Origin: Heteronotia binoei
Lineage: Eukaryota
DNA: 64,000 bases
Direction of reading: 5' to 3'
Assembly: GCF_032191835.1 (NCBI RefSeq)
Contig: NC_083239.1
Location: forward strand, 16,306,001 to 16,370,000
The position numbers and the translations under genes were made by a program. This document shows, piece after piece, positions 57,526 to 64,000 of this stretch; positions within the stretch are counted from its first letter, which is position 1, and each line of letters starts with the position of its first letter. The notes beneath the pieces are model-generated. The model did no database searches and was not told the DNA's origin. It saw nothing but the letters and a program-made list of their open reading frames with translations.

Positions 57526-59817
57526 TCATTTCCTGTATAATATACATTGCTGTGAACATTTAAATGTTTTCCGAGGTTTAGGAGATTGTCAATTGCAATT
57601 GTTTGTTGCAGGATAGTCTCTGCTTGCAGAATGTGCGTTTTCCAGTATGGACTTTAAAGTTAATCATCGGCTAGACCAGGCTGACACAAGAGCATGTTAA
57701 TATGTTAAACTGCTTTAACGGAAATCATTAGCAGAGCTGATAATGTGTATGGGGACTAGATGGATTGTGAGCTTGTTAATGTTCAAACGATAACGGTTTG
57801 GGGTTGTTTAAACAGATGCTTTATTAAACAGAATTGATATCCCTGCTATTGTTATGCTGTAGCTGTCGTTCCAACTTGGCTGTCCTTTGCAGAGAAGGCA
57901 ATCCAGGAGGGAAAAGAAGGCTATAATGCAATATCCAGTGTGGATGCCACTATAGAAACAGGCAGTTTGTATGGTTTATGAAATGAGAGATTTCAAGTTT
58001 ATGTCAGGGCTTATGCATTTTTCTCTTCGATTTGTGCTTTCCAGGCTTTATTAAGACTTTTAAAAAGTTTTTCTTTACACTTTTAAAAATAGGAATAGAA
58101 TTAAAAGAAATATTTGACTAATAAAAAGCCCCATACTCGGAAGACATAATTGTAGCTGAAGTTCACTGTACAGCTGTATGCCGGAGCAAAAGTAGATCTC
58201 CTCCCCTCTAAAATAAGCTTAGAGCACCTTAATTATCCTGTGATGGAAACCACAGGGGGAAAAATGATGGATCAGCCTGAACCTGCTAAGGAAATGGGTA
58301 GTAAATAGAGCTTGTTTTTTAAACTGAAGGCTGTAAAATGACAGTCATCAGCAAAGGTCTTCCAACTGGCCTGTTCAAGAAAATGACTTTGCTTAGCTTT
58401 GAAAATGAAGGATGGCATAGAGGAGACCTTCTAGCAGCCAGAGAGACAGAACAGCTGCAAGGAAGATTATGTAGACAAAGGTTTAAATAAGTGTAGTGGC
58501 TGTTACAAACCAGTCCAGGTCTGGCAGGGAAGTGATGAGTTTTGTCAAATTATAAATGACGTGAAGCAAGACTGAGAAGCATTCTTCCTCCCCACCCCCT
58601 TCTAAATACTCGAATGTGGGGTCACCCAAGAAGATTTACAGCAAATGTCAGGCAGACATGGTGTGTAAAGACCTCAGCCTTGCGAATGGATCTGCAGAAG
58701 TTGCTGCTAGCTCACAAATGCTTTTATTAACCTTCATGTTCTTATGTTAGCCATATATTTATTTATTTAGATATTCATACTCTGCTTTCCTCCCCAGCGG
58801 GGACCTAAAATGCCTTACATCGCTCTCCTTGCTTCCATTTTATCAACAACCCTGTAAGGTTGGTGGGGCCGAGTGTGAGTGCCTAGCTAAAGGCCTCCCA
58901 GGGAGTTTCCATGACAGAGATTCGAACCTGGGTCTTTCAAATCCTAGTCCAGCACTGACTAATATACCAGTAAGGCATATCGAGAGCCGCAGAGAGAAGA
59001 ACCCTGTTACCTTTGAGATTGCATGAGCTTGCCTAGCTGATCAGTCCTTGCTTGCTGCTGTTTGAATCAGACATGAAGCTGCTTTATACTGAATCAGATG
59101 TGCCTTGGTCCATCAAGGTCAGTATTCTCTGTTCAGATTGGCAGTGGCTTTCCAAGTTCTCAGGCAGAGGTCATTCACATCACTGCCTACCCAATCTGTG
59201 TATTGAACCTGGGACCAAGCAGATGCTTTACCATGGCCCGTTGGCCAATGAGTGGCTGCTTGGAAGCCTGTATTAATTTGTTCAGTGTATTGTCACAAGG
59301 AACTGTGAACCCTGCTGATATAAGCCTGCTTTACCTAGAGAGCAGAATGAGAAGTAGAATCCTGAAGTATACTGCACCAGTTCAAGGTGCAGGTGAGGAA
59401 AGACTTTTTAAACGTCCCCCTCCCCACTTAGGAATGACAATCCTCTGTGTTGTTAAAACAGAATGCAGCACTTCTGGAGGAGAGATTCTAGTCTAGCATA
59501 TTCCCCATTGTGCTAGTTTTCTATTTGCAAGGAGTTTTTCAGATAGGGGAGCAATGAAAAAGTGGCCCCAATGTGCAGCTTTCAGTCTCTTTGGTGACTG
59601 TTAGTTATGGTATATCAATGAAACCTCTTGCAGTGTACTCCTGAGTAACATGTAAATAAGAACCGTCCTGCTGAATCACTGGGTCTCCAAGAATCTCTTC
59701 CAACAGCAATTAGCTTGGTGCCTCCAGGAAATTTCCAAATGGGTTAGCTGGCCTGTTTGGAAAGCTTCTGGAAACATATGGCTGCTTGCTTAAAGGGGGG
59801 GGGGTGGAGAGGGGAGA

Positions 59818-60049
59818 TTGGATTTACCCCATCCTTCACTACCTGAAGGAGTCTCAGAGTGACTTACAATCTCCTTTCCCTTCCCCTCCCCACAACAGAC
59901 ACCCTATGAGGAAGGTGGGGCTGAGAGAGCTCTCCAAGAACTGCTTTTGAGCAGAGCAGCTCTGAGAGAGTTATGACTGACCCAAGGTCACTCCAGCAGT
60001 TGCATGTGGAGGAGTTGGGAATCAAACCTGGTTCTCCCAGATAAGAGTC
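59818..60049 (-). mobile_element. Sauria/Squam-type tRNA SINE missing its first ~30 nt
   Basis: Reverse complement reads GGACTCTTATCTGGGAGAACCAGGTTTGATTCCC...GGAGATTGTAAGTCACTCTGAGACTCCTTCAGGTAGTGAAGGATGGGGTAAATCCA. Older copies at about 18130-18260, 23960-24075, 24500-24700, 26830-27000, 27490-27670, 34800-34980, 58760-58960 and 61210-61420. Confidence 0.85.
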
Positions 60050-60639
60050 CTTTGGGTAGTGAAAGGTGGGTATAAATCCAGTATCCTCCTCCTCCCCCCA
60101 ACCCCAAGGAATTGATGCAGGTCATGTCCCTGACCCACTACCTCTTACTTTTTTCTCATCCTCCAGAATACATATTTTCCAGATATGAATAATCCAGGCT
60201 GCAGTTTACCACATGGAGGTGATCACAGACAAATACTTTTGGATGCCTTTGAAAAGTGGCGGGATGTTGCTGTGCAAAGTAGTTTTCTGATGGGTAGTGT
60301 GTTGGGGCTAGTGGATAACACAAGGGCAGAAGAGCTCATGACCTGAGAAAAGCTTGGTTTTGTAGCTGTACTAGACTGTAACCACAAGGAAAGACTCTTA
60401 CCTCTGGTGTAAGGTGACTGCTAGCAGAACAGATCTGTAGGATCTAACCCAACCGAGTGGGAAGCATTTATTTGAAAACTGGTTTTGCTTGCCTCTAAGT
60501 TTCTGAGCTGGATAACAACAAGCAAGAATTACAGTTCAGATGGTATTAAGCAATTACCAGTAAAAACTGCAGTACTAATCCATCAGTAACCAAACAGTAA
60601 TATAGATCCAGGTGGGTAACTGTGTTGGTCTAAAAGCAA

Positions 60640-60806
60640 TAGAACAAAGTGAGAGTCCAGTGACAGCTTTAAGACCAACAAAGTTTTATTTAAGGTATGA
60701 GCTTTTGTGTGCATTATATCTGAAGAAGTAGGCATGCACACGAAAGCTCATACTTTGAATAAAACTTTATTGGTCTTAAAGGTGCCACTGAACTCTCACT
60801 TTGTTC
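60640..60806. mobile_element. Penelope-like inverted terminal repeat pair
   Basis: About 70-bp inverted arms (AACAAAGTGAGAGTCCAGTG..AAGACCAACAAAGTTTTATT..ATGAGCTTT) around a short spacer. Confidence 0.65.
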
Positions 60807-62588
60807 AAACAGTAACATGTCGGGATAAAACATTTCAGCAGTCAAGAACAGTGCAAGTGTGGTGAAGGCGGTGAATCCAAGCTTGGATTGTGAGGTTGCC
60901 TCTCTTCTAGTACCTTCACACAGACACACATTAAGCTGCTTTATTCTGAATCAGACCACTGGTCCATCAAGGTCAGTATTGCGCCCTCTGACTGGCAGCA
61001 GATCTCCAGGGTCTCAGGTGGAGGTCTTTCACATTCTCTACTTCCTTTTAACTAGAGATGCTGAGGATTGAACCTGGGATCTTGTGCATGCCAAGCAGAT
61101 GCTCTGCTTCTAAGCAGCGGCCCCTCCCCAGTCCATGTGAAAACTCTACATTCTGGCCTTGTGTGTGGTTTCAAGAGAAACCACAGGAGTTCCATCAAAT
61201 GGTACAGTGAGACCCAGTGTGTTGTAGTGGTTGGCAGGTCAGAATAGAATCTGGAAGACCCAGGGTTGGGTCCTGATATGGCCATGGAAGTTTGCTGGGT
61301 GACTTTGAGTCTGTCATACACACTTAGCATAACCTATCTCACAGGATTGTTCTGAGGATAAAATGAAGGGGCAAATGATGTAAGTTGCTTTGGGAAGAAA
61401 AATGGTGTATAAATATCTCAATAAGTAATAGCCAAACAAATCTGCAACTTATCCCTGCCCCAATTCATTAGACAATCTACTGGAAGGAGGGATTCTTTCC
61501 TGCTCTCTATTGGGGTCATGGGCTCTTGTTTCCATTAAAAAAATAATAGAAAGAGATGGTGGTGGAGGCACTGTATGACTCCTTGCTACCTTGCAAATGG
61601 GGACTTCTCTGGAATATGGAAGCCTATGAAAAACTAGTTACAAATCTACCAGAATTGTTTTGGCCCATCTGGGTTCTATTTTTCTCGTCCAGCAGAGGTC
61701 TCCTTATATCTTACGTAGCACATACACAGTGAGGCATTCATATGTATGTGTACATAATGGTATTTGCATATGTTATGCATGCAATGCATATGTTATGGAC
61801 AACCATGTGGAAAACCTGTCCTTTCAGTAAGGAGTGCTTGCAAGTGGCTGATACTATTTCAGAGGTGTGTTTGTTGTGATTGCATACATACATGTTCATG
61901 TAACTGTCACTGTTCAGACAAGAAAGCTATCTTTGGCCAAAAATGAAGGGGCCCCATTCATATGCTCAGCTTGTAATGGAGATGCCGATAACTGCCTCTT
62001 CACTCTCTGTTATGTCAGACTTTTGCCATTTGCAAGGGGATCTAATAATGGGATCATTGTGAATAGCGAAATCCAGAAGTCTTGGTGTCCCCCAGTAGCA
62101 AATAACCAATTTCCTTTAATAGGTGACAATTACAATGTAACTGAGCTGGAAATAGGACAAGAAAAAATTGATGGAAATTAGTTAATCCTGAAGTAGGCAA
62201 GAGATGGCTGCGTCAGTTTTCTGGTGTTGTTATAATGACGATGTTGATGCAGCAGGACAGAGTTGTGATGGTAAGGGACCCACCAGAGGTGATTACAGAG
62301 ACAGTTTTGAAAGGGGAAAAAATTGAAAAGGTAAAACTTTGTCCTTAGAGAAGAATCTGTGGATGAAACATGGAGAGTTCTCTGATATTTGCTGCTCATT
62401 TAGAGGAAGGAAAGTATCCTTGACCCAATTCATCCATCCACCAGAGGGCAGTGATACCTTCCCTGTTTCAGCAGTTATGGTCTGTGTGGAGTTCCTGGCT
62501 GCCTTCTGCCCTGCAATTCCCAAAGCAGCATTACATCCCCACTGGAAGTGACTGCCTGACTGGGGTGTTCTGTGAAATCTAAACATAA

Positions 62589-62722
62589 TGCTTTCACACA
62601 CACTAAACAATGTACTTTCAATCCACTTTCAGTGCACTTTACAATTGGATTTTACTGGGTGAAATGGCAAAATCCACTTGCAAACGGTCACTGAAGCTGC
62701 ATTAGTTATCATGTGTGAAAGC
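62589..62722. mobile_element. Old palindromic MITE (Harbinger-like)
   Basis: TGCTTTCACAC...TGTGTGAAAGCA termini; family shared with 4895-5035. Confidence 0.65.
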
Positions 62723-63477
62723 ACATTAAACTTGTTATGTCTAGAGCACAAAGCCTCAACTGTGAAGTAACACATTTGACTCTGGTGTTTGCATTGGGAG
62801 TGGTGAGTGTCTGGAGTTACTGGGGTTTAGAACTGCAGGCTTCCTGATCCCTGTGTTGCTACTCCTTTGAATGCTTGAGCCATTCAAGTGAGAAAGCTGA
62901 AGCAGCTGTATTAAGCTCCCAGGCTTCACTTTGGCTCTGTTTATTCAGGAAGTTTTGTGGGCTGTCTTCAGGATAAATGCACCTGGATCGGGTCTGGGTC
63001 TTTGCCTTGGAAACAGCCACAATTTGACCTTGACTGTGTTGCTTTCTAGGTGCCATTCAACAGCCTCTCCCTTGATTCAGCTCCTCTTTGTTTGCTTTCT
63101 GTGGTCTACTGTGAGATTCATTTCAATATTTTCCTGTGAGACAACTCTGTTGGGATTCAAACCACCTTGTGCCCCTGTCTGCAAGTTACAGACTGCATTG
63201 GATTGCTTTGTCTGTAGGAAAACTTTTTCAAACAAAGCTCCCAGCTTTCCAGCAAACTGGACAGCCAAATAGATGTCTAAAGGCTAGATTGTGGGTTAAA
63301 CTGGTTAAGTGGACTCTTAACCTCTGCCCACGTTGTGTGGTTTTGGATTTTGTAACTTTTCTGAAGCATTTGTCTCACCAGGATATTTCTACTTGGGGTT
63401 CAAATTTATGCAGTTGGGGTTGCAAAGGTAAGAGAGGGGCATTGTCCCAGAATACTCCAGCTTGATAGGTTCCCATT

Positions 63478-63560
63478 TTCATAGAATCATAGAGTGGGAA
63501 GGGGCCATATAGACCATCTAGTCCAACCCCCTGCTCCATGCAGGATCAGCATAAAGCATT
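63478..63560 (-). mobile_element. CR1 LINE 3' tail
   Basis: CATAGAATCATAGAGTGGGAAGGGGCCATATAGACCATCTAGTCCAACCCCCTGC. Confidence 0.8.
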
Positions 63561-63794
63561 TCCCATTTTAAAATCATCCCATTTTAAGGCATGTGGACAA
63601 AAAAAAAATTGGGTAATGGAAAAGAACTTTCGATAATTTCTAAAGGAGTTTCTTTACAGGACTTTGGGAAATATAGGTGCTTTTCCTTGTTTGTTTTTTT
63701 TTCTCATTTGATATTGTCCTGCCTATAATACTCTCTAGTACTATTCCTCTCCTCCCCAGTCTTATTAGTTTTCACAACCTCAGTGAATGTTAAT

Positions 63795-64000
63795 CATGGC
63801 TGCTGGAAAGCACTGGAACCATATCAAGTCATAGCCAACGTATGGCAACCGCATAGGGTTTTCAGGGCAAGAGGTGAACAGAGGTGGTTTGCCGTGGCCT
63901 GCCTCCATGTAGCAACTGTAAACTTCTTTGCTGGTCTCCCATCCCAAGTACTCATCATTGCTGTCCCTGCTTAGCTTCTAAGATCTGTTGAGATCAGGCT
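63795..64000 (-). mobile_element. 5S-derived SINE
   Basis: GGTCTCCCATCCCAAGTACT...GCTTAGCTTCTAAGATCTGTTGAGATCAGGCT plus the family body. Confidence 0.75.

Larger units (their letters stand above)
21268..64000 (+). other. Intron 1 of the CSMD2-like gene (continues beyond the window)
   Basis: GT donor at 21268. No exon encoding the expected first CUB domain (QNCTFQL..VESPGFPYGYPNYANC) was found in the window. Confidence 0.7.

Overview
Repeat-dense vertebrate genomic DNA. The repeat families (tRNA- and 5S-derived SINEs, L2/CR1/RTE LINEs, hAT MITEs) suggest a squamate, probably a gecko; this is an inference. One host gene is visible. A signal-peptide first coding exon lies on the + strand at 21111-21267 (MQPSFGWDKPACRCSFKRNWGKLGIFALMTVEVSYWSRILLLSVGVLATSAA-G|gtaagt, phase 1). 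It aligns residue-for-residue with the N-terminus of human CSMD2 as I recall it. It is preceded by a CpG-rich, TE-free promoter/5'UTR, and everything downstream (about 42.7 kb) appears to be intron 1; I found no exon 2. Upstream lie two decayed Gypsy LTR retrotransposons and three 5'-truncated RTE LINEs. The intron holds a complete but dead hAT transposon (39467-46286) with a young RTE-X LINE nested in it, plus many MITEs with TSDs. The most unusual feature is a CpG-rich non-coding element at about 55337-57063 with hAT-Blackjack-like ends. It is built almost entirely of consecutive hairpins, including a 165-bp tandem unit made of two perfect palindromes, and carries NRF1, GC-box and tandem ETS-CRE motifs. 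Most ORFs in the supplied track are noise or antisense shadows of transposon ORFs.
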